Below, piece by piece: positions 1 to 8,649 of a stretch of DNA of 64,000 nucleotides. A model generated the notes under the pieces. It worked only from the letters and a program-made list of their open reading frames with translations. It was not told the DNA's origin and did no database searches. The position numbers and the translations under genes are program-made. The stretch's first letter is position 1. Each line of letters opens with the position of its first letter. The stretch comes from Patescibacteria group bacterium. Lineage in GTDB: Bacteria > Patescibacteriota > Minisyncoccia > Moranbacterales > UBA2206. The stretch is taken from the NCBI GenBank assembly GCA_022711335.1, contig JAKLFF010000001.1, positions 195,016 to 259,015 of the forward strand, written 5' to 3'.

Positions 1-612
1 TTTCTTTGATTTCTTTTTGGGAAGCACAAGGCCGTCAAAATCATAATCAAATTTTTTCCTTTCGAGCACCGCAATTTCTCTCGCCACGCCGACATAGCTC
101 ATAGCGTCATGAGAGCGGTCAGGCAAGACCTTAATTTCAATAACAGAATCTTTTGATCTGAAATATTTTGAGATGGGGTCGCCAATCTTCGCGCTTTCAG
201 GCAAAATAAGGATTCCTTCGTGATTTTTTCCGAGTCCTAGTTCGTCTTCAGCACAAAGCATTCCAAAAGATTTTTCTCCTCTAATTTCCGCTTCCTTGAT
301 TTTCATGCCATTGGAAAGATTTGTATCAACCAAAGCCACCGGGACTTTGTCTCCGGCTTTTATATTCCATGCTCCACAAACAATATTTAAAGCAGAACCA
401 GCACCAACATCAACTTTCAATAATTGCAGCTTGTCGGCATTTGGATGCTTTTTTATTTCTAAAATTTTTCCGACTATCACGCCGGGAATATTAATCTCGC
501 CCTTTTCCAGTCCTTCCACTTCAAAAGAATGGAACGTCAAATCTTCCATCACTTTCTCGGGCATTTTTTTGGTTCCGGATAATTCTTTTAGCCAGTTATA
601 GGAATATTTCAT
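1..612 (-). CDS. pheT: Phenylalanine--tRNA ligase beta subunit, N-terminal part; gene continues beyond window start
   Basis: Minus-strand translation from the ATG at 610-612 reads MKYSYNWLKEL..., the canonical PheT N-terminus. It lies directly downstream of pheS in the usual pheST order. The + ORF 296..601 is its antisense shadow. Confidence 0.85.
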   Translation of the reverse strand, partial: MKYSYNWLKELSGTKKMPEKVMEDLTFHSFEVEGLEKGEINIPGVIVGKILEIKKHPNADKLQLLKVDVGAGSALNIVCGAWNIKAGDKVPVALVDTNLSNGMKIKEAEIRGEKSFGMLCAEDELGLGKNHEGILILPESAKIGDPISKYFRSKDSVIEIKVLPDRSHDAMSYVGVAREIAVLERKKFDYDFDGLVLPKKKSKK

Positions 613-616
613 AATT

Positions 617-1633
617 TTAAAATTGCCTAATAAACCTCAAATCCCCGCTATGAAAAAGCCTTACATCGTCAATCTTATATTTCATCATTGCCAAGCGTTC
701 AAGCCCGATTCCCCAAGCAAAGCCGGTGTATTTGTTTCTTGGATACCCGGCAGCCACGAAAACATTCTGATTGACCATTCCCGCTCCGCCAAGCTCCAGC
801 CAGCCATTGCCTTTGCAGGCACTACAACCTACGCCTGCGCACATGGTGCAGGAAATGTCATATTCAAATCCCGGCTCCACGAAGGGAAAATAACTTGGCC
901 TTAACCTAATTTTTATATCCTGATGGAAAAACTGTGAAAAAAACACTTCCGCAACGTGCTTTAGATTTCCGACATTTATATTATCTCCTACAACCAGCGC
1001 TTCGAACTGATGAAAAGTATGCTCATGAGTTGTATCGGTCGCTTCGTTTCTGAAACATCTTCCGGGCGCGATAATTTTGAAAGGCGGCTTGTTTTTTTGC
1101 ATATACCGCGCCTGAATCGCCGAAGTCTGCGACCGCATAGCAAGATCGCTGTTTTTCATGAAAAAAGTGTCTTGCATATCCCGCGCCGGATGGCTTTTGG
1201 GAATATTCAAAGAATCAAAATTATAGAATTCTGTTTCCACTTCCGGTCCATCGGCAATTTCAAACCCCATCGAGGTGAAAATATCTTCAATTTCCCTTCG
1301 AACGATTGAAATCGGGTTGAGATGCCCGATTCCGCTTTTCTTTCCAGGAATTGTCACATCAATTCTTTCTTTATTAAAATTCAAGTTTTCGTTTTTGACT
1401 TCCTGCCTTTTGCTTTTTATAATTTCCAAAATTTCTCCCTTGGTTTTATTGGCCAATTCTCCTATTTTTTTTCTTTCTTCCGGCGCCAAATCCTTGAGAT
1501 TTTTAAGGATAGACACGAATTCGCTTTTTCTTCCTAGAAACTTTTTCTCCAAATCAAAAAGTTCTCCATTATCCCTGACTTTGGAAATAGCTTTTAAAAT
1601 CTGATTCTTAATGTCGTTTATTTTTTGTTCCAT
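617..1633 (-). CDS. pheS: Phenylalanine--tRNA ligase alpha subunit
   Basis: 338 aa. Class II aaRS motifs are present: motif 2 GRCFRNEATDTTH and motif 3 GFAWGIGLERLAMM. The length and overall fold match PheS. Confidence 0.93.
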   Translation of the reverse strand: MEQKINDIKNQILKAISKVRDNGELFDLEKKFLGRKSEFVSILKNLKDLAPEERKKIGELANKTKGEILEIIKSKRQEVKNENLNFNKERIDVTIPGKKSGIGHLNPISIVRREIEDIFTSMGFEIADGPEVETEFYNFDSLNIPKSHPARDMQDTFFMKNSDLAMRSQTSAIQARYMQKNKPPFKIIAPGRCFRNEATDTTHEHTFHQFEALVVGDNINVGNLKHVAEVFFSQFFHQDIKIRLRPSYFPFVEPGFEYDISCTMCAGVGCSACKGNGWLELGGAGMVNQNVFVAAGYPRNKYTGFAWGIGLERLAMMKYKIDDVRLFHSGDLRFIRQF

Positions 1634-1639
1634 AATATT

Positions 1640-1716
1640 GTCATTCCCGCGAAAGCGGGAATCTAACCTAATATTCCAGTCTCTTTACTGGATTCCCGTT
1701 TACACGGGAATGACAA
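1640..1716. repeat. Two-hairpin element copy 1, bounded by inverted termini GTCATTCCCG/CGGGAATGAC, in the 5' leader of pheS
   Basis: Hairpin 1 is TCATTCCCGC-GAAA-GCGGGAATC with a GNRA-type loop. Hairpin 2 is GGATTCCCG-TTTACA-CGGGAATG. A near-identical copy sits at 5440-5516. Confidence 0.7.
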
Positions 1717-1795
1717 CTTACTACTTTTATTTTATATTTTAAGCCCAAAAAAGTCAAAACGGGCAGCAACATTGTTGCCACCCGCTCCCATTTTT

Positions 1796-1981
1796 TTAGT
1801 TCGGGGTACTTTTTGAAAAAGCTGTTGGAGAATTTAGAAAAACATCTTGCGGAAGCATAAAATTGCTCTGCCTGCCGCTTGGTTTGAGAAGTTTCTGATA
1901 TTCTCGAATCCTTTCACAACTTGACATACACTTGCTTTTCTCTTCCCACTCCATTGGACACCCGACGCAGGGAGACCTCAT
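1796..1981 (-). CDS. Small Cys-rich protein (CxxC...C...C), paralog A
   Basis: 61 aa beginning MRSPCVGCPMEWEEKSKCMSSCERIREYQK. Clear paralog of the adjacent ORF, with the same M[RK]SPCxxCxxE..K..C...CE.I..[FY]QK pattern. Confidence 0.55.
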   Translation of the reverse strand: MRSPCVGCPMEWEEKSKCMSSCERIREYQKLLKPSGRQSNFMLPQDVFLNSPTAFSKSTPN

Positions 1982-2015
1982 GATGAATAGCTCCTTTCAG
2001 CTTTAAAAATTCCAG

Positions 2016-2198
2016 TCAGACATCTTTTGCCAGTAAAACGAAACCTGTGTTTTTCGGGTAAGTTACATGGTAACTCACCCTGGCCTTGCAACCGCAGTGT
2101 TGTACATTTTTCTGAAAAATCTTTATCTCTTCGCAATTTTCAAGACAAAGCCCTTTGTCTTGAAATTCATTCTGACAATTTCTGCACGGCGACTTCAT
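2016..2198 (-). CDS. Small Cys-rich protein, paralog B
   Basis: 60 aa beginning MKSPCRNCQNEFQDKGLCLENCEEIKIFQK. A strong RBS, AGGGAGG, lies 5 nt upstream of the ATG. Confidence 0.6.
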   Translation of the reverse strand: MKSPCRNCQNEFQDKGLCLENCEEIKIFQKNVQHCGCKARVSYHVTYPKNTGFVLLAKDV

Positions 2199-2371
2199 AA
2201 TTCCTCCCTAAATAGTTAATCGCCAAAATAAAAATCGCCGCCAAAAAACCAATGAACGAGATTATCCTTGCCCAAAGAGGCAAGGGGAGATCCGTTGCCG
2301 AAACAGCTAAAAAAATCACTGCTAAAGCCTTCACACTCTGCCTCCCTTTTTAAAAAAGAGCTTTTATATAT

Positions 2372-2614
2372 TTATAACCCCAGCCTTTGTTTTGCTTGAT
2401 TATACTGTTCCTCGGTTATTTGTCTAGACGCGCGCATTGCATCCATAGCTTTCAGCATTTTATCCTTGTTTTCCGGCTTGAAAGCGTCCTGCATCATTTT
2501 TTCCCGCTCCTGAGAACTCATTTTTTCAAGCTTTTTCATGGCGATTCGCTGGAGCATACCCATTTTTTGGGGATCAGTATCGCCAGGTTTATTTTTTTTG
2601 AATGGATTCCACAT
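2372..2614 (-). CDS. Hypothetical small charged protein
   Basis: 80-aa ORF downstream of secF on the same strand. Rich in K/E/M; no recognisable domain. Confidence 0.4.
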   Translation of the reverse strand: MWNPFKKNKPGDTDPQKMGMLQRIAMKKLEKMSSQEREKMMQDAFKPENKDKMLKAMDAMRASRQITEEQYNQAKQRLGL

Positions 2615-2624
2615 AGATCATGTA

Positions 2625-2668
2625 GCATGAAACATATAACATGTAACAAACTTGCTTTATGTTATATG
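2625..2668. promoter_or_regulatory. Stem-loop (AACATATAACATGT...ACATGTTATATGTT-like inverted repeat) between secF stop and the next ORF
   Basis: Inverted repeat read directly from the sequence. Possibly an intrinsic terminator or attenuator on the minus strand. Confidence 0.4.
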
Positions 2669-2670
2669 TT

Positions 2671-3567
2671 TTATGATTTACTCTGCCAATTATAAATAGT
2701 CACCAAAAGCGCTGATGCAATAAATATCGAAGAATACGTCCCAAACGTCACCCCGACAAGCAGCGCCAGTGAAAAATCTTTTATCGATTCTCCGCCAAAA
2801 ATATGGATCGCTAGCAACGTGATTATCACAGTCAGCGAAGTGTTGATTGAACGCACCAGTGTTTCATTGAGGCTCCGGTTCACAATATCCGGAAATTTTT
2901 CCTTGAGAGAACTTCTTATCAGATTTTCGCGCGTTCTGTCATAAACCACAATAGTATCATGCACTGAAAAACCCAAAATTGTAAGAAGAGCGGCAATAAA
3001 TGGAATTCCCACTTCTATACCATAAAAATGGCCCAAAAATGCAAATACCCCGACGGTTATAAGCACATCGTGAATAAGCGCGATGACCGCCCCAGCTCCA
3101 TATTTCCAAGATTCCACCGGACGAGAAACTTTCCGGAAAGCAAAGGCGATATAAGCCATAATTCCGACTACCGCCCAAAAAATAGCCATGAGGGACTTGC
3201 TTTTCAACTCTTTGGAAACCGACGAATTAATGAAATCAACCCTCTGCTGCACCACTGTCGGATACTTTTCTTCCAATATTTTCATTACGCTCTGATTGGT
3301 TGCATCATCTTCAGACACATATCTTAAAAGCATTGCGTCATTCCCGGAAGGCTGGATAATAAGGCTGCTTAAACCCAATTCTTTGAGATTTTCTTCAATT
3401 TCCTGGTTGGCTGGAACGCCCTGTTCAAATTTAACTTCCATAAGCGTTCCACCGGTAAAATCAATTCCAAATTTCAAGCCCCAAACAAGCAGACTTGCGA
3501 TGCTGACAATTGTAATAATTATAGAAAAAGCATAGGCGTATTTGGTTTTGGAAATAATGTTAAACAT
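2671..3567 (-). CDS. secF: Protein-export membrane protein SecF
   Basis: 298 aa. Typical SecF N-terminal TM, GIDFTGGT motif and C-terminal 6-TM bundle. Adjacent to secD. Confidence 0.9.
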   Translation of the reverse strand: MFNIISKTKYAYAFSIIITIVSIASLLVWGLKFGIDFTGGTLMEVKFEQGVPANQEIEENLKELGLSSLIIQPSGNDAMLLRYVSEDDATNQSVMKILEEKYPTVVQQRVDFINSSVSKELKSKSLMAIFWAVVGIMAYIAFAFRKVSRPVESWKYGAGAVIALIHDVLITVGVFAFLGHFYGIEVGIPFIAALLTILGFSVHDTIVVYDRTRENLIRSSLKEKFPDIVNRSLNETLVRSINTSLTVIITLLAIHIFGGESIKDFSLALLVGVTFGTYSSIFIASALLVTIYNWQSKS

Positions 3568-3672
3568 TAAAATTTTTAATTTTGTAATTTTTAATTTTTA
3601 AATAATTTCTAATTCTTGAATTTTTAAAACATTAAAAATTTTAATTTATTTACAAAATTATAAAATTAAAAA
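3568..3672. repeat. Extremely AT-rich low-complexity spacer (AATTTTTAA-type repeats) between secD and secF
   Basis: Seen in the sequence. About 105 bp with almost no G/C. Confidence 0.6.
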
Positions 3673-5418
3673 TTATAAAATTTTATCTTTTTTATTTATT
3701 CCTACCATCCACATTTTATCTTCCAGCCAGTCGCCTATTATAAACCTCAAAATAGTTCTGGTTATGACGACAGCCGTGAACATGGAAACCAAAACTCCGA
3801 TCAAAAGCGTTACGGCAAAACCTTTGACAAATCCCGTTCCTAATTCCATGAGAATAAGGCAAGTAATAATTGAGGAAACATTTCCGTCTCTAATGGAAGT
3901 CCAGGCACGCCGAAAACCCTCTTCAATAGCGCTAACTGCTCCGCGCCCCCTCCTGATTTCCTCTTTGGTACGCTCAAAAATCAATATATTTGCATCTACT
4001 GCCATTCCAATGGAAAGAATGAATCCGGCAATTCCGGGAAGAGTCAGCGTAATTGACCAGGGAGTAAAACCGGAAATTTTAAAAACAGAAACCATGAGTC
4101 CGGTATAAATCAAAAGCGCGAAAGACGCGATTAGTCCCAAAAGTCTATAATATAAAAGCATAAAAATGACCACCAAAATCAATCCGATCATTCCTGCTTT
4201 AAGGCTTTTTTCAAGTGACACTTGGCCCAAAGATGCTTCTACACTTTGCTGGGAAACCAATGAAATTGGAACGGGAAGAGCGCCTTCATTGAGTCTTTTT
4301 ACCAATTTATTGGCTTCTTCAACGGTAAAATTTCCGGTGATCACCGCCTCTCCGTTGGTAATTTCGCTTTGCACTGTCGGAGCGCTGATTATTTCGCTGT
4401 CAAGATAAATCGCAACTCTCTTTTCCAAATTTCTTTTGGTGATTTCCGCAAACAATTTGGTTCCCTCATCATCAAATTTTAAAGATACTTGCGGTTCGGA
4501 AAGCCCCTGGTTTTGAAATGTCACGCTGGCGCTTTTCAAATTTTTTCCGGAAAGCCCAGTTGAAACAAAAGTCGGCTCTGCTTGCGGCTGTTGCTTCTTC
4601 ATGATCAAAATGTGGGCACCGTGCACTTCAATACCGCCTTCTTCCACGCTGCCCTGCATTTCAACTGGTAGCGCATCTTCACCGGTTGAAGCCGAAGCTT
4701 GCCTCTGTTCAATTTTCTTAATAATATGCCATCCATATTGAGATTCTACAAGCTCCGGATATATTTCTCCGTCTTTCAGGTTTTCATCGAATAATACTTT
4801 TTCGAATTCCGGAACAAACATTCCTTTTTTCGCAAACCCCAAATCGCCTCCGTTATCTTTTGATCCTGGATCCTCGCTGTTGTCTTTGGCAAGAATCGCA
4901 AAATCTTCTCCGGCCAATGCTTTTTTCAGCAGATCATCTGATTTTTGCTTGCCCTCCTCGTTAGATTTATCCAAAACATCCTGCGGAATTTGTTCCGGCT
5001 GTTCTCCTTCCCCTTCTTCCTTGAATTCCAAAAAAGGAGTTTCCTGAATTAGATTTTTGGCTTGATTAATATCTTTTACTCCGGCCAGCTCCACAATAAG
5101 GCGTTGTTCCGATCCTGATCTGGTCGTATAGATGACTGGCTCCGCTACTCCGAATGCATTCACTCTCCGCTCAATCACGTCTTGAACGGCCTGCATCGCG
5201 TCTGCAACCTGTGCGCTGCCGATTTTGCTTGTATCTGCCCTATATTCCATATGAATCCCGCCCTGGAGATCCAGACCAAGATTGATTTTTAGCTTGTTTA
5301 TGGCATTATACACCGGCGGAATTTTAGAAGTCGCCTGCGGATACGAAATCAGCCCTGCAACAAGAGCTAGTAAAATAACAAGCGCGAATTTTGTCTGAAG
5401 TTTTTGCTTATGGGTCAT
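3673..5418 (-). CDS. secD: Protein-export membrane protein SecD with a parvulin-type PPIase-like segment in the periplasmic head
   Basis: 581 aa. SecD hallmarks are present (LGLDLQGGIHMEY; a C-terminal 6-TM domain similar to SecF). Residues ~140-280 carry parvulin motifs: LAGEDFAILAKDNSEDPGS, GGDLGF, GMFVPEFE, GWHIIKK and AHILI. Confidence 0.88.
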   Translation of the reverse strand: MTHKQKLQTKFALVILLALVAGLISYPQATSKIPPVYNAINKLKINLGLDLQGGIHMEYRADTSKIGSAQVADAMQAVQDVIERRVNAFGVAEPVIYTTRSGSEQRLIVELAGVKDINQAKNLIQETPFLEFKEEGEGEQPEQIPQDVLDKSNEEGKQKSDDLLKKALAGEDFAILAKDNSEDPGSKDNGGDLGFAKKGMFVPEFEKVLFDENLKDGEIYPELVESQYGWHIIKKIEQRQASASTGEDALPVEMQGSVEEGGIEVHGAHILIMKKQQPQAEPTFVSTGLSGKNLKSASVTFQNQGLSEPQVSLKFDDEGTKLFAEITKRNLEKRVAIYLDSEIISAPTVQSEITNGEAVITGNFTVEEANKLVKRLNEGALPVPISLVSQQSVEASLGQVSLEKSLKAGMIGLILVVIFMLLYYRLLGLIASFALLIYTGLMVSVFKISGFTPWSITLTLPGIAGFILSIGMAVDANILIFERTKEEIRRGRGAVSAIEEGFRRAWTSIRDGNVSSIITCLILMELGTGFVKGFAVTLLIGVLVSMFTAVVITRTILRFIIGDWLEDKMWMVGINKKDKIL

Positions 5419-5439
5419 GACCTATTTTTGTCATTCCCG

Positions 5440-5516
5440 CGAAAGCGGGAATCTAGTGTTGTAATTTGGCTTGTTTACTGGATTCCGGGTCAAGCCCGGA
5501 ATGACAAAGCAGAATT
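5440..5516. repeat. Two-hairpin element copy 2, in the 5' leader of secD
   Basis: Same termini and same first hairpin as copy 1. The second hairpin differs but stays base-paired (GGATTCCGGG-TCAAG-CCCGGAATG), a compensatory change. Confidence 0.7.
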
Positions 5517-5593
5517 AATTTTAAATAAGTTTTATATTTGCTATTTTACATTAATTGAATAATTTTTTCAAAACCTGATCAAATTACTTATAC

Positions 5594-5782
5594 TTATTGC
5601 AATACGGCTTGTTTTAATTTTTTAATCTCATCTTCTTTTTCATAAATCTTGCCCTTGCTAAGCTTATACAATAAAGGAATTACGCCACATTTCCTGCATT
5701 CGCCCCAATTGCATTTACCATTGCTCTTTTTGTATAACCCTCTGCACATTGCTATTTCTTTTTCAAATGTTTCTTGGTTCAT
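5594..5782 (-). CDS. Small Cys-rich zinc-ribbon-like protein; start taken at the internal Met (ORF could extend to 5908)
   Basis: 62 aa from MNQETFEKEIAMCRGLYKKSNGKCNWGECRKCGV. The Arg-rich N-terminal extension of the longer ORF looks non-coding. Confidence 0.4.
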   Translation of the reverse strand: MNQETFEKEIAMCRGLYKKSNGKCNWGECRKCGVIPLLYKLSKGKIYEKEDEIKKLKQAVLQ

Positions 5783-5984
5783 ATTATTTCCCGCAACACT
5801 TTTTATCCTTCTTCTAGTATAGCAAATGCCACGGGAGCTTAGAGGCTGGGGAAGTTTGCCCATGCGATTAATCCCGACTGCTCGTCTGCGAGGATGCGCG
5901 ATAATCATCTGGTGTTTGTTTATCGTGCTTTCTTCCTCGTAGACGAGTAGGCGAATTTATCTTTTCAATGTTCCTACGGACATT

Positions 5985-6230
5985 TTACTTGTTTGTCAGT
6001 TTCTTGTCAACTTTTTTGGAAGTGGATAACTTTTCACGATCCCTTACTGCTTCCCATACCCAAGTATGGCTTCTCTTGAAGCCATAGAGTTCCTTGAGCA
6101 TTTTGGCAGCGGTGCGCGTATCAAAACCCTGTTTGTAGAGGCGCACCGCTTTTTCCTTCATCTCATTTATTTGCTTTTGTTTGAATACCGATAGAGGCAT
6201 ATGTGTGTTGTTATTAGCTACCTGTATCAT
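5985..6230 (-). CDS. Helix-turn-helix DNA-binding protein (excisionase/regulator-like) next to the integrase
   Basis: 81 aa. The segment TRTAAKMLKELYGFKRSHTWVWEAV resembles an HTH. It sits immediately upstream of the integrase on the same strand. Confidence 0.55.
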   Translation of the reverse strand: MIQVANNNTHMPLSVFKQKQINEMKEKAVRLYKQGFDTRTAAKMLKELYGFKRSHTWVWEAVRDREKLSTSKKVDKKLTNK

Positions 6231-6260
6231 ACTCCCCTGTCAACTTTTGTCAACTTGCGT
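5991..6260. promoter_or_regulatory. TGTCAACTT direct-repeat pairs flanking the HTH gene
   Basis: One pair is at 5991-6019 and one at 6237-6260. Each pair is spaced about one helical turn apart. Confidence 0.4.
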
Positions 6261-7497
6261 AGTGTGGATAAGGCACCTTACCCTTGAATTGCTGGGCGAA
6301 ATAGTTGACCTGCTGTTCGAGATTTTCGGCTGTGACGGATCCGTTGTCTTTGTTCTGATTCTGGACGAAGGCCATGAATCCCTGGAGCGCTTTGCCGAAT
6401 CCCGGGTCGGCTTGTTTCTCGGCGAACCTATCTTTATTGTCCCCGAGGAACAGGCGCGCCCGCTCTTCCAGTTCCTTGCCGCGCATCATCGTGTAGATGG
6501 TCGTGCTTTGCACCGAAGAGTGCCCAAGAATATTCATCACGTCTGATGTCGATCCCCCGCTTTTGATGATATGATGGCCGCGATGATGCCGGAAGCTGTG
6601 AGCATTCATATAGGGCATTTCGGCTTTATTGCAATATCGCCTCAGCATCTCGCCCAGTCCTTTGATGGAAAATCTTTGTCCGTATTTCGAACTGGTAGCC
6701 GATACGAAGAGCGCCTCCGGTTCGTCGAACTTCACCTGCTTCTCCAAATGCTTTCTTTTTTCAATCCAGCGCAGCAGGTAATCGTTGGTGCTTTTGGTCC
6801 AGAATATTTCCCGGAAAGGCCGGCGGGACTTGGCTTTTTCCGTCCGGATGATCGTTCTCATTTCAGTGAGATCTAAATCGTTCACATCGATTGAGCATAT
6901 TTCTCCATTACGCGCCCCAGTATCCCACAGCATACCGATAATCGCCAGGTTTCTGATATGGCGCGGATCATTGGAATCTTTCGGAATAACTGCAATAAGT
7001 TGGTCGAACTGTTCGTCGCTTGCCACGCGCGGAAGTTTCATTACTTTGTCCGGAATCGGGATCAGCTCCTCGTCGATTACTTTGTACCCCTGCAGGCGGT
7101 AAAATTCGAAGAACTTGCGTAGCGCCATGCATTTTCCGACGAAGCTGTTTCTGTCCCAGCCGAGATCCGCCATGCCGTTCAGATATTCCATGACGTCGCT
7201 CAATGTGATATTTTCGATTTCCGGATTGCGCAGGAACAGGCAGAAGTTTCGGAGTTCGCGGTCGTATCCGCGCACCGTATTTATTTTGACTTTGAATTGT
7301 CTCCAGTTGGAGAATTGATAGATAGCGTCTTTTGTTAGCATATAACACGAAAACTCACCGGGATGCGAGCTGCGATGGATTCGGTTCGTTCTCGTCCGTA
7401 GTCCTAAATCGGCAGTCAAAACGCGGAGCGCTTTCAGTGCATATTTCCTTACGATCGCGTCAATCTTCTTTTGACTTTTTTCGAGTATCGAATCCAT
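6250..7497 (-). CDS. int: Tyrosine-type site-specific recombinase (phage integrase)
   Basis: 415 aa. The C-terminal catalytic region carries an R...HxxR...Y pattern (HSFRHHRGHHII...LGHSSVQSTTIYT). The N-terminal SAM-like domain is present. Confidence 0.85.
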   Translation of the reverse strand: MDSILEKSQKKIDAIVRKYALKALRVLTADLGLRTRTNRIHRSSHPGEFSCYMLTKDAIYQFSNWRQFKVKINTVRGYDRELRNFCLFLRNPEIENITLSDVMEYLNGMADLGWDRNSFVGKCMALRKFFEFYRLQGYKVIDEELIPIPDKVMKLPRVASDEQFDQLIAVIPKDSNDPRHIRNLAIIGMLWDTGARNGEICSIDVNDLDLTEMRTIIRTEKAKSRRPFREIFWTKSTNDYLLRWIEKRKHLEKQVKFDEPEALFVSATSSKYGQRFSIKGLGEMLRRYCNKAEMPYMNAHSFRHHRGHHIIKSGGSTSDVMNILGHSSVQSTTIYTMMRGKELEERARLFLGDNKDRFAEKQADPGFGKALQGFMAFVQNQNKDNGSVTAENLEQQVNYFAQQFKGKVPYPHYAS

Positions 7498-7868
7498 CGC
7501 GTCACACCCTCAGATCCAAGATCATTGGCTCCCTTTCGGGAAGCAATGAGGTGAGTGTTTTTTTAAATTAATGTGTTTGACGAAAGACTTTTCGACAGTG
7601 TCTTCCGCTATGCCAAGCGAAACATTACCCCTCCGCGCCAAAGAAGTCAAACGCAATTGGTATAGCGTTTTTAGTTTATAAAAAGCGTTGTATATTTTCG
7701 GTAAAAATTCGCCGAAAGAGGCTTGAAGGCGGGGAAAGAAAAAGGATATTTAGTATCAAGTCGAAATAAATTATTCATAATCAAATCAAGAGATTAAAGT
7801 TATCCCCAGTGATAATCACGCAAAAAAAGCCCAACTAAAGCTGGGCTAATTCGAGTGTTTATCCGTGA

Positions 7869-8051
7869 TTATTTTCCTCCGAATGGTTGCCCGGAGTCTC
7901 CCTTGTTGGAAAAGTAAAAGGAGAATGCCATACCGGCGAGAAGCAAAAATTGATCGCCTGAAATTTTTCCGATGAAAAGAGCGCCGACTGTGGCAAGCGC
8001 CATCAGAATAAATACGATCTTGCTCGCGGACTTTAAAACTTCCATATTCAT
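7869..8051 (-). CDS. Small membrane protein (holin/spanin-like lysis accessory)
   Basis: 60 aa with two hydrophobic segments. Its start overlaps the stop of the amidase gene. Confidence 0.45.
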   Translation of the reverse strand: MNMEVLKSASKIVFILMALATVGALFIGKISGDQFLLLAGMAFSFYFSNKGDSGQPFGGK

Positions 8052-8644
8052 TTTAGTGTTTGTTTTATAATTGCCAATCCTTCTTCGATTTTTTTAATCC
8101 CCTCTTCGACCACAGAGGAAATTGTTGATTGCTGGTTTGAAGTTTGACCGTTGGCCAAAGCAACCAGTTCATTGATAATTTTCTTATCATGCGACGGACA
8201 ATTCGGTTTTTTCGAATAAATTTCGTAATGACCGATGATGTGATTGCGATCGATCGGAATCTGCCAGCGCTGGCAAATCTCACGTATCAATAATGCGCTT
8301 GCCTGTTTCATCGCGTCAGTCCATTTGTCCTCCGGCTTGCCTTCATGTTCGATTCCGATCGTATAGAGATTCGGATTGACATTCGTTTTAATAAGTTTCG
8401 AGCTTGGCGCATCCACTCTTCCCGCATGCCAAGCGGCGTCTTCTTCTTTCACATATTGGTGAATTTCTCCGCTCTTTCCGATGCCGTAGTGTGCGCTTAC
8501 CTGCGAAGCGGGATTGGCAAACCACGCATCGGTGCCGAACAAAGTGCCGTCCATGATATGGATAACGACTAGTTCCGGTTTGTAACCCTTCCGTCCGGTC
8601 CAGAAATTCGGAGAGCCTTTCCAGATTTTTTGAATAGTGTTCAT
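8048..8644 (-). CDS. N-acetylmuramoyl-L-alanine amidase (Amidase_2/PGRP-type endolysin)
   Basis: 198 aa. Motifs: VIHIMDGT, AHYGIGKSGEIHQYV and AWHAG...NCPSHD, which include the zinc-binding His/Cys of the Amidase_2 family. Confidence 0.8.
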   Translation of the reverse strand: MNTIQKIWKGSPNFWTGRKGYKPELVVIHIMDGTLFGTDAWFANPASQVSAHYGIGKSGEIHQYVKEEDAAWHAGRVDAPSSKLIKTNVNPNLYTIGIEHEGKPEDKWTDAMKQASALLIREICQRWQIPIDRNHIIGHYEIYSKKPNCPSHDKKIINELVALANGQTSNQQSTISSVVEEGIKKIEEGLAIIKQTLK

Positions 8645-8649
8645 TTTTG

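Noticed and set aside
296-601. + strand 101-aa ORF
   Set aside because: It lies wholly inside, and antisense to, the pheT coding region, whose minus-strand translation gives a clean PheT N-terminus. It is a shadow ORF.
5594-5908. Full-length 104-aa version of the Cys-rich ORF
   Set aside because: Its first 42 residues are Arg-rich low-complexity with no RBS context. The internal Met (MNQETF) gives a compact zinc-ribbon-like protein, so the shorter model is preferred. Even that is low confidence.
5783-5985. Searched for a tRNA gene as the integrase target (also 7500-7870, 25290-25660 and 33919-34060)
   Set aside because: No T-arm (GGTTCGAATCC-like), cloverleaf or CCA-adjacent structure was recognisable by eye. 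Only short hairpins are present. A tRNAscan run would be needed to be certain.
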